64,000 nt of DNA from the human T2T-CHM13v2.0 reference genome, Homo sapiens: NCBI RefSeq assembly GCF_009914755.1, contig NC_060935.1; one strand, given 5' to 3'. Both the position numbers and the translations under genes were made by a program. Positions 46,174-60,682 of this stretch are shown here, in pieces (position 1 is the first letter of the stretch; each line of letters opens with the position of its first letter). Under the pieces are notes generated by a model. The model saw only the letters and a program-made list of their open reading frames with translations, was not told where the DNA came from and did no database searches.

Positions 46174-47499
46174 CGTCTGCATATTTTCTTAAAGCCTGTA
46201 CCGGCCTAGATGATTCATCAAAGAAGCCGTGACTCTTTGAACATGAGTGGGTCACCCATTTTTACTAAGAGAAGGAACCACCCTCAATAACTCCATTTCA
46301 TCTTTGAGAAGTTTGGTCTAGAGTCATCCAAAGAAAATAAAGCATACACTTCTATGGATATTATTTGGATTAAATTCTTTGAAAACCTTCACACCTTTAT
46401 GATTCCACTTAGAACATGCTGCCATTATGAGAAGGTTGACAGCTGCACACCCCTGTGCATAGGCAGGATTGGAGTCACACATCTTACTGTGCTCTCCATA
46501 CTCTGGTACTGTTCACAGGCATATTTATAAGACCTCTAAAGAACTGCTTCAGGCTTTCAGGGAATGAGAAATTAATTCCGTGTTCATCGTTCCAAGAGAA
46601 GTATTTCTGGGGCTGCAAAACCAATACCACAGAGGATATGATTGCCTGGTGTTCTGGAACCTGAGAGCAAACAAAAGACAATATGCCATTTACACAGCTT
46701 TGCAGAGCTTATTCAAACATGCATTGGGACATGGACATTTTCATTAAGCTTACCAACTTTTCTTTCCTCTCTCTTTCCTTACCTCTTCTCTCTTCCTCCT
46801 TTTTTTTCAACTCATTTGGAGAACACACTAATATTTGTAACAATGCTATTTTCCTGGAGTAAGAAATTCACAACCACATGAAACACACTTGTAAGAGGTT
46901 AGAGAGAAGCCAGCTCTTCCGTGGGAAGCTAGTTGCCTGAAAGTGCTCAAGATTTTTTTTTTTTTTAATGATTTTATTACTTGGCTTGTTAGGGCTTATT
47001 TTCATAGCTGCTACCAAACTTTATAAGAATATTCTTTATCCAGGTCATTAATTTACCTTGCTGAAATTGATAATCTAGGAAGCCAGAATCCATTGAAATC
47101 TTGATCCCAAATGGATTTATCTCTTCAGGAAGGGATCCAAGTTTCATTTTATTTTTAGTGCTTTTTAAGGTATTCTTCACAGGAGGGAGAGAACGATGTG
47201 AGAGTGTTAATGAAAAAACTAAATAACTTTCCTAACATGAACCCATCATCTGAAAAGCAGAACCTAATTTTGAATTATTAAAGGAGGCTGGATCACAACT
47301 CACCACTGAGAAATCGAGGGAGGGAAAATGGTGTTTGGGAAGTCCAATTATTTCTGAACCAGAGACAGTCTTATTAAGTTGGGCAGAAAATTAATTAGGC
47401 TAATTAGAAAACCTCATTGGAATTCAGCAAGGAGTTATGAGAAGAAGCATGACAACACTGGAAGTGTTGATAGAGGGAGAAGGTTCTATGGGAGAGAAA

Positions 47500-48480
47500 T
47501 GAGTTTTTCCGGAAGCAGATGCAGGGTGATTCATGCATATTGCGGTTGATCATTGGGTCACTTCGGATGGAAGCAGCAGCGTTTTTATAGACTTTCTGTT
47601 CCCAGTGGTGGGTCTTCACTGAGTATTAAAAATGATGTCTGGTGTATGTTGTAAGGGAAAAAAGAAAAAAATCCCTGAGATTTATTCCAAGGCTTCAGTG
47701 GGATTTTATATTTATTTTGGTATTTCCGATATGCTGGTTCATCAGCATGGCGCATTGTTAAAAAGTGCTGGGTGGGTGGTTTTTTATCTTCACGGATTTA
47801 TGGAGTCCTTAAAACATCTGTTCCGTTCTGATTCCCCCGCTCAGTACAAAGACGTTAGTCAGGGGAAGCATCTCACACTGCACTGTTTCCACGCACTGAC
47901 GTTGGCAGCGGCTAATAGAGATAACCCTGCTGAGACAGTCAGTGCTGTGTGGGGGCCGGGGAGGGGCCGGGGTTCCATCTCCGGGAAGAATCTCATGGGA
48001 TCTGGGCCCTGCAACACAAGGGCCTTTGAAGTGAGACGAGGAGGAGCCTCAGGAAGGGTCGCCGGGGTGACTAAAGAAACCTGCGGAGGGAGCTAAGGAA
48101 ACCTGTTCCAGGGGACGTTGGAGCGTAGGAAGAGGACTGTGCCCACGATGCTGGAGAATGATCTCCACGTCCCTCCTAAGCCCCTGTGACAGTGACGTCT
48201 TCCTTTCTGGGGCTCTAGGGAAAGGAGGAGCCTTCCTAGCTCCTGGGAGAGAATTATCAGGGCTGCTGTTGTTTTTGAGAAAATAGCTGCAACCCAGCCA
48301 AAACCACCGGGATGGAGGGACTCTTAAATAAGATGTTTCTCATGTGGGGTGGGCAGGGCAGGGGAAGCGGGGAGGACAGAACTCTTGATGAAAACTGGTG
48401 CCAGACTAAATCAGAGACGCCGTGAAAGTGGCAAGAGGCAGGGAGGAGAATCGACTTTGCAGGACCTGTTATGCGTTACG
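47500..48480. promoter_or_regulatory. Candidate promoter/enhancer (CpG-retaining, GC-rich)
   Basis: Unique CpG-rich sequence; G-tract cluster 47951-47972; CRE-like tgacgtc ~48193; ETS-like ttccggaag; GATA-like agataa. Confidence 0.4.
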
Positions 48481-48630
48481 GCTTTTTCTGTGTGAACACA
48501 TCCTATTCCTCACAGCAGTTCAGTGTAGTAGGCTTATTAGTCACATTTTACAGGTGCGGTAACTGAAATTCAGAGGGCTGAAGTCATTTAGGATCCACAC
48601 CTAACAAGAAGCTGAAATTAAAACCCAAGG

Positions 48631-49400
<770 letters not shown>

Positions 49401-50987
49401 CCAGGTTCATTTGTTATCAAAGCCCCAGCACTTTCGGCAGCACCCTAGCGCCTCAGGAGCGCCCTCTTTGGTATCTGAAGGAAATGGACACTCTTTGCCT
49501 AGGTTCCCATGTGGCTCAATAGAAAAATAGTACAAAGAGCCCTTAGAAAAGTTCCTATGGTCCCAGGATTGTGGGAATTGTCTCTGCTTATTTGGAGAAG
49601 GACCCTATTTTCACCCTCTTCTGGGGCAAGATAAAAAGGATCACAGGATTAAAGTTGGGATACCCAGGGGTGGAGACAAAATGACGACAGAGGGTTTGAG
49701 TTCTACATGTTCTTCATCCCCGTAGCATAGGGACATGGACAGATGGGCAGTGTGGGCTGCATGCAGGCCAAGGGCAGGTTGGCGCTGAATACTGGAAAAT
49801 GACGACCCGAGCTGGAGGACCTGAAGCCGGGCAGTCTGCTCCAGCTCCCCAAGTCCAGCAGGTGTGACGGCCCTGTCGCCCTTCCCCTTCCTTGGCGTGG
49901 GCCTCTCCTGAGGCCGTCCTTTTCCAATCACCAGGTTTGCCTGTCAAGTTGAGCCAAGTAACAAGACAGGAGTCAATTTGTTCTCCCCAATAGACTGCTC
50001 CTCTGTCTATTCCCAGACTCCCAGGTGACCCCATTATGATAATGCCCAGCCTGACTGCTCTTAGAACAGGCCTGATGGAGAACTGAGAGCTTCCTTGAAA
50101 TGTGAATCACAGAGAGGCTGGCAGCCCATGGCTCTGTCCCCTGCTGGCTCTGGACAGGAGCCTTCTGCCTCCCCATTGTCACCGCTGAGCGATGCCATGT
50201 GCTTATTCATGCTGCCTGCTGCTGGCAGCCCGGGAATGTCGCATCATGCCATCCATTCAAACAACGGGCTCGGTTCTGCTGACACCCAGGGAGACAGGCG
50301 GATTCAGGGTGTGAAGTGTGTTGCCATCACTTTGGCATCCCAATCTGAACTCAGTCTTTAGAGCAGGGGCTGGTTTTATGGTCCTCAGGTAGGGGATGGT
50401 GCCCCCACACCAGATCTCCATAAACACACCTTTACATAAAACCCAGGCAGCCTGACTGCCAAGCTTTGGTATAAAAAATTAGCAAGTCAGTCAGTCAACT
50501 GGATATTTGATTTAACATCAAATATTTTAGTCTTTCCAAATATTTGGATATGTTAATATTATGATAACCCAACCAAAGAAATGTGGTGATGCAAGATTGA
50601 GTGTCTGAATAATTTTCAAAACAGTAATATTCTCTACCCTGGCAAGAACTCCACCCCACGTGCACCCACTAGTCATTGAATCAATGCAGGTCGTTGAAGA
50701 GTAGTTATATAACACTTAGCCAAGACTAAAGCTAAATTTTGAGATAATTTAAAACACAGAGATTAAATGTATGCCACACATGATAAGCTGTTCAGTTTAG
50801 GGGATTATATTATCCAAGTGATTTATAGCCTTACACAACTTACTTTGTGTTTCGGGAGTGATAAAATCCCTATACATGTCTGAATCTAGAATGGGAAGCT
50901 GAAGAGCTCTGGGTACTACAAACCCCAGGGATCCTCATTCCCAGGCCCATGCTGCTCTGCTTCTTATCCACAGGCCCATCTCTCTCT

Positions 50988-51015
50988 CTTTTTTTTTTTT
51001 TTTTTTTTTTTTTTT
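50988..51015. repeat. Poly(T) tract
   Basis: Direct read. Confidence 0.9.
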
Positions 51016-51769
51016 GGCATTGCTTAATGATTTCCTTTTCCCCTCCATTCTGTACGCTGCTTTATATAGTGCATGTCCCTGTAGTTCCAGGATAATTTAT
51101 TATTTAATTATGTAACCATTACATAATTCTTCAGCTTTAGCCTTCAATGTTTTCATTGTTGTTAATATAACTGCTATCAAGACATGTAAGTTTTATTTAT
51201 CGTTTCCATTGAGGAGCAATAATTATGTAACTCTGCAATTCTGCAACGATTATTTCTATTTGTTTAATTACATAACTATAACAATATTAAACCTCTAAAA
51301 CATTTGGTGATAGATTTATGGTGAAGATGCTAGGAGACAGCAATAATAATGATGTATCAGAGTAATAATAAAACTAAATAATAGCATTAATATTAATATT
51401 AATGGCCATAACAGTAATAAGCGGCAACATTACCACTTGCTTTTTGTTCACACTGTATTTGGTCTCTTTAATAGATTTCTTCCCAAATCTCTGTGGTTAA
51501 TTAGCTATATAACATTTGGTACTCAGCAGTGGGTGCAACTTCATTTCCAGACTTTACCTGGCAAAGCTGTGCTTTATAGAACACCAGATGGAACCGGTCT
51601 CTTTTGTCCTTTTTTATCAGGCTTGGAGAGGGCAGATTTCCTTCTTCCTCATGTCACCTGGGGACTTCCATAGACAGGATACCCTGTGTTGAGAGACACA
51701 GGTGTTGTAGAATCCCAAGAACCCGAGATGTGTTTGGAAAGCAGCTGTCGAACTGTTGGATGAGCCGTT

Positions 51770-52350
51770 ATGGTGGAGAGAGCATGGGGTTTGGATTCCA
51801 ACAGATCTGGACTGAATTTTGGCTCTGCCACTAACTGGGTGACCTTGAGCAAATTACCTAACCTCTGTGGACTACAATTTTCTGATATCAAAAAAGGGGA
51901 TAATTATATAATACAGTAATGTCTGCATTGCAAGACTATTGTGAGAATTAAATACAATCATGTGTGCAATTACATGGGGTATAATTGATGCCTGTTGACA
52001 GCTATGTTTTGGAGCTACCAGTTGATGAGATTAATGGGAGAACATGACTCGAAGTTGCTCCTTCCTATAAATCACCTTGTCCTCACCCTCCCAGGAGCTC
52101 CCTTCTCACAGATGCCCCAGAGACATCATAACAGTTAAAGAGAGCTAACCTCTAACACAATGAGTGATCACTATGTGCTGGACAAGTCACACACATCATC
52201 TGATTAAATCATCACAGCTATCCTATAAGGGAGCTGTGATTATTTCATCCAGGTGAGGCTTGAGAACCAGGAACCTTAGAAGACATGCCAAAGTTCTTGC
52301 CGCTCACTGGTAGTGGAACCCAGCCGGCGCTTCTCCAGTTACACTGTGTA
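51770..52350. mobile_element. Two MIRs in opposite orientation
   Basis: ggctctgccactaactgggtgaccttgagcaaattacctaacctctg (+); tcatcacagctatcctataagg...gtgaggcttgaga (-). Confidence 0.7.
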
Positions 52351-52459
52351 CTCCCTGCAGGCGCACATCCTGAAAGCCACTTAAAGAATGCTCTGTATGA
52401 GAGCCGTCCTCCTGGGACAAATCCACTCCCTGCTTCTCCTGGTGCCCATACCAATCCAT

Positions 52460-53050
52460 TCTCCACAGAGCAGCCAGCCCGATCACCTTAAAATGCAAAG
52501 CTGATGCCATTATTGCCCTTCTTCAACCCTCCAATGGCTTTCCGTTGCTCTGAAAGTAAAACCAACCTCCTAAATCTAAATACCTTTATGATTTGACTTC
52601 TGCATATCAAACTCCCCTCCTCTCACTCTTCATTACAGACCAGGGCGCCACACCTTCTGAGGCTACGCCAGGTTCAACCCCCATCTCTCTAGGGCCTTTG
52701 CACTCAGTTTCCTCTTCCTGGAAATCTTTCTATCTTATCATGTAGTATGTATTTTCTATCTTATCCGCTTATGTATAATCTCTTCTAGGAAAATTCCCCT
52801 CAAAGCTTCATGTAAATCAACCCAGCCCCATGTCCTGTATTCATTAGTACATGTCCTACTTATCTCATGTATAACATGGACCATGTATACAGCCATCTTC
52901 CTTATTCTTCTGATCATTTGGCTTTATGTCTTGTGTCCTTCACCAAAATATAATCTTCATGAGGCCAGGCACCGGGCCCGGCTTCACAGTCATACCCCAT
53001 CCACAGCTCAGCACCTGCAGCAAAGCAGACACTCAGGAAACATTTGCTCA
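52460..53050 (+). mobile_element. L2 3' fragment
   Basis: ccctccaatggctttccgttgctc...agggcctttgcactcagtttcctcttcctggaa...actcaggaaacatttgct. Confidence 0.65.
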
Positions 53051-53444
53051 TGTCAATCTAAAAAGAATTAATCTAAGTAGAGCGTTTACTTGGGCCAAGA
53101 TCGAGGACTGCAACCCCAGAGCATAGAATCAAGAAGCCCTGAGTATACACTCCCATTAGCTGCAGTTACAAGTGGATTCTTAAAGGAAAAGAAGAGGCAG
53201 TTTCTGAGTTGATTACCAATAATTTACATTAAAATAACATAAACTATTGACTAGCTGTACATTGTTCTTTGTATCACAAATTCTAGGGACCTGAATATAA
53301 TGGGTGAGGCAGCTGGTTAGGAACAAAATGACTAAACAATTGCCCTGGGCATGGAGGGGGCTGACTGAGGTCCCATACTCTTGTCTTTTTAGACCTGCAT
53401 ACCTCACACAGCTCAGACGGCAGCCAGCTGTTTCTCTTTCCTCA
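53051..53444 (-). mobile_element. Solo ERV LTR (LTR47/MER49-like; family uncertain)
   Basis: TG...CA termini; approximate TSD ctca/ctta; gcatacctcacacagctcagac. Confidence 0.65.
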
Positions 53445-54555
53445 CTTAAGGGAAGAATGACCACTTGCTCTCATGTGTCCATATATGCCCTTTGGGTTTA
53501 AATAGTTCCTGTGTGATGGGAAGCAAAGCAGGTTGCATTTTCACTTGAGGAGTTGATGACCAGCATCCAAGTGACATAGCACCCATCTCCAGAAGCTTAG
53601 GTCTGATGCTGGGTGTTCGGGGATCAGGGGCCAGGAGCTGAGAGTGCAGCAGGACTAGGCTGTAGTCAGCCCAGGTGCAGAGGGCGATGCGACAGAATGG
53701 CAGCAAAATCAGATGCACCGAGGAGCGAGGGAGAGCCAGCTTGTCACCTCGCCACACACGGGAGGTACGTCAAGGCTGTCATTATAAACTGGTATTTGAG
53801 CAGGAACTCTGGGGCTCATTCATAACACTGACATTTCCAGGGGTCACACAGCAGGCCCCCCCCTTCTGCTGAGAATCTTTCATTTGTACAATTATCAACC
53901 GCAGAACTCAGACAGAGCAGCCTCCATTATTCCACCTGTCCTTGAGTTATTATTATTTTATTGAAGCATTTTCCTTCCTTGGGTTATATATATGTGTGAT
54001 TTTAAAAATATAAATGACATTATTTATAGCAAGGCGTTCTCTCTCCTTTCCACTGACGATTTTCCTTTTCAATCAGATTCTCTTCATTCTTACACATCCC
54101 ATTTGAGTCACTGCCACGTGAGTAACGGGGCCCGTAAATATTCAGCCACAGCCTCTTGATCCCTTTCTTAATCCCATTTTTCTCCTCACTTCACCTTCAC
54201 TAGGATATTTCCCGTCCTTTTTTCCCAGTGGCTTTGTTACCACAACCATATCTTTTTTGCTTTGTCTTAGCGCCTATTTTTTAATGTTTAAATTATTCAC
54301 TAATATAACCAAGTAAATGTCAGTTAAATATTTCAGTCATCTCTCTGTGTGTGTCTGCTTTTGTACCTAGAACTCTGGACAAGGCAGTAAGTAAGTCTCA
54401 TGTAAGGATCAACAGTTCAGGCTCCAGATTCCCGATTTACTAAATTCTCAAAGACAAATTACTTAACCAAATATGGTTTCTTCAAATCCAAAAAGAGTTA
54501 AACAATCTTACCTCATAGGATTGTTGTAAGAATTAAACAAGAATATCCATGCTTT

Positions 54556-54690
54556 GGCCAGGCACAGTGGCTCATGCCTGGAACCCCAGCAGCTTGGGAG
54601 GCTGAGGCAGGAGGATTGCATGAGGCCAGGAGTTTGAAACCAGTTTAGGCAACATAGCAAGATCCTGTCCCTACAAAAAGAAAAAAAGAA
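54556..54690 (+). mobile_element. FLAM / free left Alu monomer
   Basis: Single monomer with A tail; approximate TSD aagaa.atc..catgct. Confidence 0.85.
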
Positions 54691-55034
54691 AATCTACATG
54701 CTGTGGACTACATATTTGTGTCTCCCCCAAATTTATATTGAAACCCTAACCCAACCCCCAGTGGGAAAGTCTTAGGAGGGGGACTCTGGGAGGAGATTAA
54801 GTTTTGATGAGGTCAAGAGGGAGAAGCACCCATGGCAGGATTTGTGAGTCATAAGAAAAGACAGAGGTTAGAGCAATGTGAGGACACAAAGGAAAGAAAA
54901 GCCTCTGCAAACCAGGAAATGAGTCCTCGCCAGACACAGAATCCACCGGCACTGTGACCTCAACTTTCCAGCATCCAGAACTGTGAGAAACAAATTTGGG
55001 AAACAAATTTTCTTCTTTTAAGCCCCTCAGCCTT

Positions 55035-55960
<926 letters not shown>

Positions 55961-58900
55961 TAAGCCCATGGTATCTTGTTATAGCAACATGAACTAGGTG
56001 TCACGTAAAATGCTTCGCAATGTCTTGATACATGGGAACTCTATTGTTATTATTATTCGTTGCTATAGCAAAAGTGGAAGCATTTATGCCACCAATAGCA
56101 CCAGTAGAGAGTAAGCCATGACTTCTAATCCGTGGGTCCAGAGTCCAGGCCAGTGTAGACTGGACAAATAATATGCCCTAGACATTTTTGTATTACTTTT
56201 GAAAATGTGCAGTTGCCATTATGTTTAATAGTATAAAATGATTTAAGTGCTATTGATATTATCAGATAATAGTAAACCTTAATAGGGGAGGTATAGGGTC
56301 TTCATGTCTGTAAAAGCAGGTAAACATTGACCTGAATTACCATCAAGTATGAAGACCAGGCATAGAGCATGTGCTGCAGGCAGTTCCCTCCCAGGGCAAC
56401 AGGCTATTAAGCATCCATTGGCTTCTTTTCTGATGCCCCTGCACTTACCTCACAGAGATTATCTCCTAAGGTTTTCCTAGGTTTAACATTTTATTCCCAC
56501 CTCAAAATCCATTACTTTGTTTTCCTCCATTCTTTCAGTTCTTATTTTATTCTCTAATGATTTGGTTTTCTCATTTTTTTTTGAGGCTAAAATATCTCCT
56601 ACTGAAGCTACTCTTTCAATTAGGGAGAAAAGCACTCAAAGCCTCTTCAAGCTTCTGCCTCTGAAACTGCTAGCAGGGAAACTCCAGTGCAAAAAGATGA
56701 GAGTGGATGCAAACAGGGAGGAAAGAAAAAGAAACTAAAGAACAAAGAAGGAAAATAAGTGTTCATGAGGAACTAATTATTCTGGTATTTATAAAGAAGT
56801 TATTGTTTCGTTTCCTTTTTTTTCTGGAAGATCAAAATATGTGTATCTCATTAATCACAGACATTTGGATAATGCTGTCCTGCATGAGCTCCACACAATC
56901 CTGCCTGTGGAGCAGATAGCATGAGCTCGCTTTTACAGACGAGGCAACCGGGAGATTCAGAGCATTGGTGAGAAGCACACAAGGCGGCACAGCCAGTGAC
57001 TTGGATCAAGGCCTTTGGTGTCAAATGCTGTGCTTTTTCCACCTCTCCTTGAGGGAAGGCTTGAGGAGAAAGAAGCACTTAGCACACATCTCTGCCTGCA
57101 TATTCCAAACCAATGGAGAAACACACCAGGAAGCCACATGAAGGATGACAACATCAGCTTTGCCGCTGGTAATGAATAGTATCTATTCCAGGCCCTTCTT
57201 TCATTGGCAGGCTGCTCGCCACCTTTTGCCTGAGCCCTGGACCTCACATGCTCAGGAAGTCCCCCAGGCTGACCAGTCAGGCAGATCTCTCCTTCCCTCT
57301 GAAGAAGAGCCAGTGAGAGGGAGAAGAGGGCCAGTGTATGTTTCCAACTCACATTCTTTCACTGACATAGGAGGGCTGATCAACAGGTTCCTCCCAAACC
57401 ATCCATGTTACTGTTTTGTGTGCTCATTTGTTTTATTAAATCCTTTATCCAGCTAACCAGGTAGCAGGATTCTAGTCACTCGATTTGCCTGTCCCCTGAC
57501 AGAGGAGACCAGAAGTCCCCGCTGAGCAGCCCAGACCTTTGCTTTCTTCTCCTTTTACAAAAAAGGTGGAAAACTCAGGGTGTTAATGTCAAAGGGAAGA
57601 CGAGGAGCTGTAGCTCTAGACCTAGTGTAGGCTTAGAGAGCTGGAGTCATCAGCACAGTTGACTTTGTCTCTTCCTTCTATCAGCCACAAAAGTACTCAC
57701 ATTTCAAATGACAAAACACAAGTCTCAGGCTTCCAAGAGCAGTCACTTCAGCTATCCTGCCTGAGTTCTTAGGCAAGTCTGAGAGGAATTAGGTGTTTCC
57801 TTTCCAGGCACCAGGGTTATGACCACTTCAGAGCCTTGCCTTCACTGAGTTATAAAATTTTTTTAATAAGAAATGTCTGGTAAATTAAATCAACAGTCTG
57901 TTGATGAAGATGATAGCTCCCACGTGCAGAAATCCCTAAATTCTGAGCTTCACGAAACTGAGCTAGATCTGTTTGAAGTCTTCCATTGTTTTTTTCTCTC
58001 TCCCAGTTGGGAACACTGGCACTTCCCGAATTTGCTTTACAGTTTCAACGTCAGCCTCGTTAGCATCACCACCAGCTTCCTCACTCTCATTTGCCACTGT
58101 TTCTTGAGTCAACTGGATCAGAAACATCAATCATTGAACAGACACCCTATGCGTCTGTCCCTGTTTTCAAAGTCTGCAGCTTTTGGTGTGGTGCTGTTGC
58201 TCTTTCTGCTGCTCTTCTGTGACCCAAACAGTGGTTTTTTGCAGATCTTCAGATTCAGGATGATGTCGCCTTTCACATTTACCGTAGCACTGGTGACTCA
58301 CAAGAAAAGTCCTCTAAGCATATGCCTAGAAAAACTTGAGATCCACCTCTCAGAATGAGCTGTAAAATGCAAACACCACAACCGTAAAACTTATAAAAAA
58401 AAAGTTCGGCCATAAAAAAAATATAGTCTCCTGATCCATGGCATCTTGGAAATTCTCAAACTCCTGCCTCCATCTCACCATAAAGCTTTTATCAATTATG
58501 TTATTCTTGTTCATGACTGCAGTAAAATGCAGTTTGGTTTTTATGCAATTCTGTAAGTGTACTGCTGGATGGGAAGGTCTCAGGCTTTGTGCTTTGTTCT
58601 GTGTCCATTACACAGATGATAGGTTTGGAAATGAAGATGCCAGGGTTTTAGTCATAATTGTCACAGAATATGTGACAGAATATTGTGGCTAATACCACAA
58701 TCTATTCAGGTACACCATTCAGGATTTAAGGGAGCATGTTCTGGGCCTTAATCATCTTCATCATCTGATTAAACCCAGTAGCAGCTTAAGGTTACCAGGC
58801 CTCCTTTGGGCCCAAATCTGTATTTTAGAGTCAGAAATTTTCAGTATTTTCAAGAACGGTGAAGCTGTGATTGAATCACTAAAAGTGATTGTCTCAGATC

Positions 58901-59519
58901 CAGCCATGCCAAGCACCAGCTGTGTACACACTGGATCTCAGTGTTCTCCTCCTCAGAGGTCTTCCTTAGCTCCTCCTCTCTCCTGTGGAACACACTTGGA
59001 GCTCTGTGACCAGGAGGGAGTACAGTATAGAGCCTGATCCCTGCATTTCTGAGACAGTCAGGTTGTTTCTCTTTGATTTAAAATGATATCAGAAGAAATT
59101 TAACAGTCTATTGGTAGTAGTGTGAAATAGTACATGCTTTATGAAGAAGTCTGGATGAAACATGACAAGCTGAATTGGCCCCATCGTGAGAAGACGTCAT
59201 CCATAATTCCCAGGATTTTTTCCCCTTCCTTTTTCTATCTTCTGATGCCATTTTCAAATCTATTTTTCATTATTCCTCCCAACCTAATCCCAAGTTTCAC
59301 TGTTGTTTGTTTATGTTGCTTTTCTACTGCCATTTAACTTAAAAGTTATTGAATTTCTACTATATTTTGAGCTCATGCTAGTTGCTGATTATCAAGCTCC
59401 TGATTTGAGTAGACACAGTCTCTGCCCTCAGGGAGCTTGTGATCTGAAGAGACTGTGTATGCATGCATATTTTCTAGCCACAATAGACATGGGGATATAA
59501 CACACGTTCATTGTTATAG

Positions 59520-60086
59520 AGTATAGGAGGCCGAATTCTAAGATAACCCTCTAGTCCATCCGCCTACCCCTGTATACACCCTGTATAATCTCCCCAACTT
59601 GAATGTGGGAGGCACCAACAAGCGTCATGAGATATCACCCCTGTGACTAGATTCCTAATCAATTGCCTTTAATCAAAAAGGAGATTATCCTGGGTGGGCC
59701 TGACCTAATCAGGTCAACCCTGTTAAAGGGGAGGTATCAGAGAGACCTTCTTCTGCTGGCCTGGAAGCAGCCTATGGGAAAGGACCACATGTCTAGAACT
59801 GAAGGACAACCAGCAAGAAAACAGGACTTCAGCCTTGCAGGTGCAAGGAAATAGTTCTGCCAGCAGCCAGAGGGAGCTTGAAAGCAGATACTTCCTTACT
59901 TCCAAGTCTCTAGATGAAGATGTGGCCAGCTCACACCTTGACTTTAGCCTTGTGAGATTCTGAGGAGACCCCCCAGCCTGAACATAAGGACTCCTAATCC
60001 ATGGAAACTGCGAGATAACAAATTTGTGTTGCTTTAAGATGTTAAATTGGTGATAATTTGTTTTGCAACAGTATAAAGTTCACACA
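59520..60086 (+). mobile_element. MaLR LTR (MLT1E-G-like)
   Basis: gggagattatcctgggtgggcctgacctaatcagg...gaaactgcgagataacaaatttgtgttgctttaag. Confidence 0.8.
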
Positions 60087-60307
60087 TGGAATTTAAACCA
60101 AATGCAAGAGGATGAGAAAGGAGGAAACAGGTCATTCTATCTGAGAAGTGGTGGAAATATGATAGAGAGGAAGGCATTATCTGAGGTGAGACTTAACTGA
60201 TGAGTAGACATTTTTTAGACAGACAAAGAGAAGAGACATTTATGGCTGCGACATCATCCACAATATGTTTGTAGAACTGATGTACTGACATAAATAAAGG
60301 ATAGGCA

Positions 60308-60682
60308 TTTTAATCTGTCCCTGATGTTAGAACAAAATATCATAGACTGAGTATCTTATAAATAAAAGAAATTCATTTCTCATAGTTCTGGAAGCTGGGA
60401 AGTCCAAGGTCAAGGTGCCAGCAGGTCAGTGTCTGGTGAGGACCTGGTCTCTGCTTCCAAGGTGGTGCCTTGTTGCTGTGTCCTCCGGAGGGGCCAAGGC
60501 TGTGTCCTCACATGGTGTAAGGGATGGTGGGGCAAAAAAGGGCCAAGCACCTTTCTGAAGGCTCTTTTGGAGCCCTCGTGAACTAATCACATCCCCAAAG
60601 CCCCACTGCTTAATACCATTATTTTGGTGATTATGTTTCAATACATACAGTTGAGAGTGACACATATGTTCAAACCATAGCA
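60308..60682 (-). mobile_element. MaLR LTR (MST/MLT1A-like)
   Basis: atttctcatagttctggaagctgggaagtccaagg...ttcaaaccatagca. Confidence 0.85.

Noticed and set aside
47632-48096. 154-aa ORF in the GC-rich region
   Set aside because: No homology recognised; an open frame is expected by chance in GC-rich DNA.
57873-58358. 161-aa plus-strand ORF
   Set aside because: No recognisable family; the composition looks like the antisense of a purine-rich strand.
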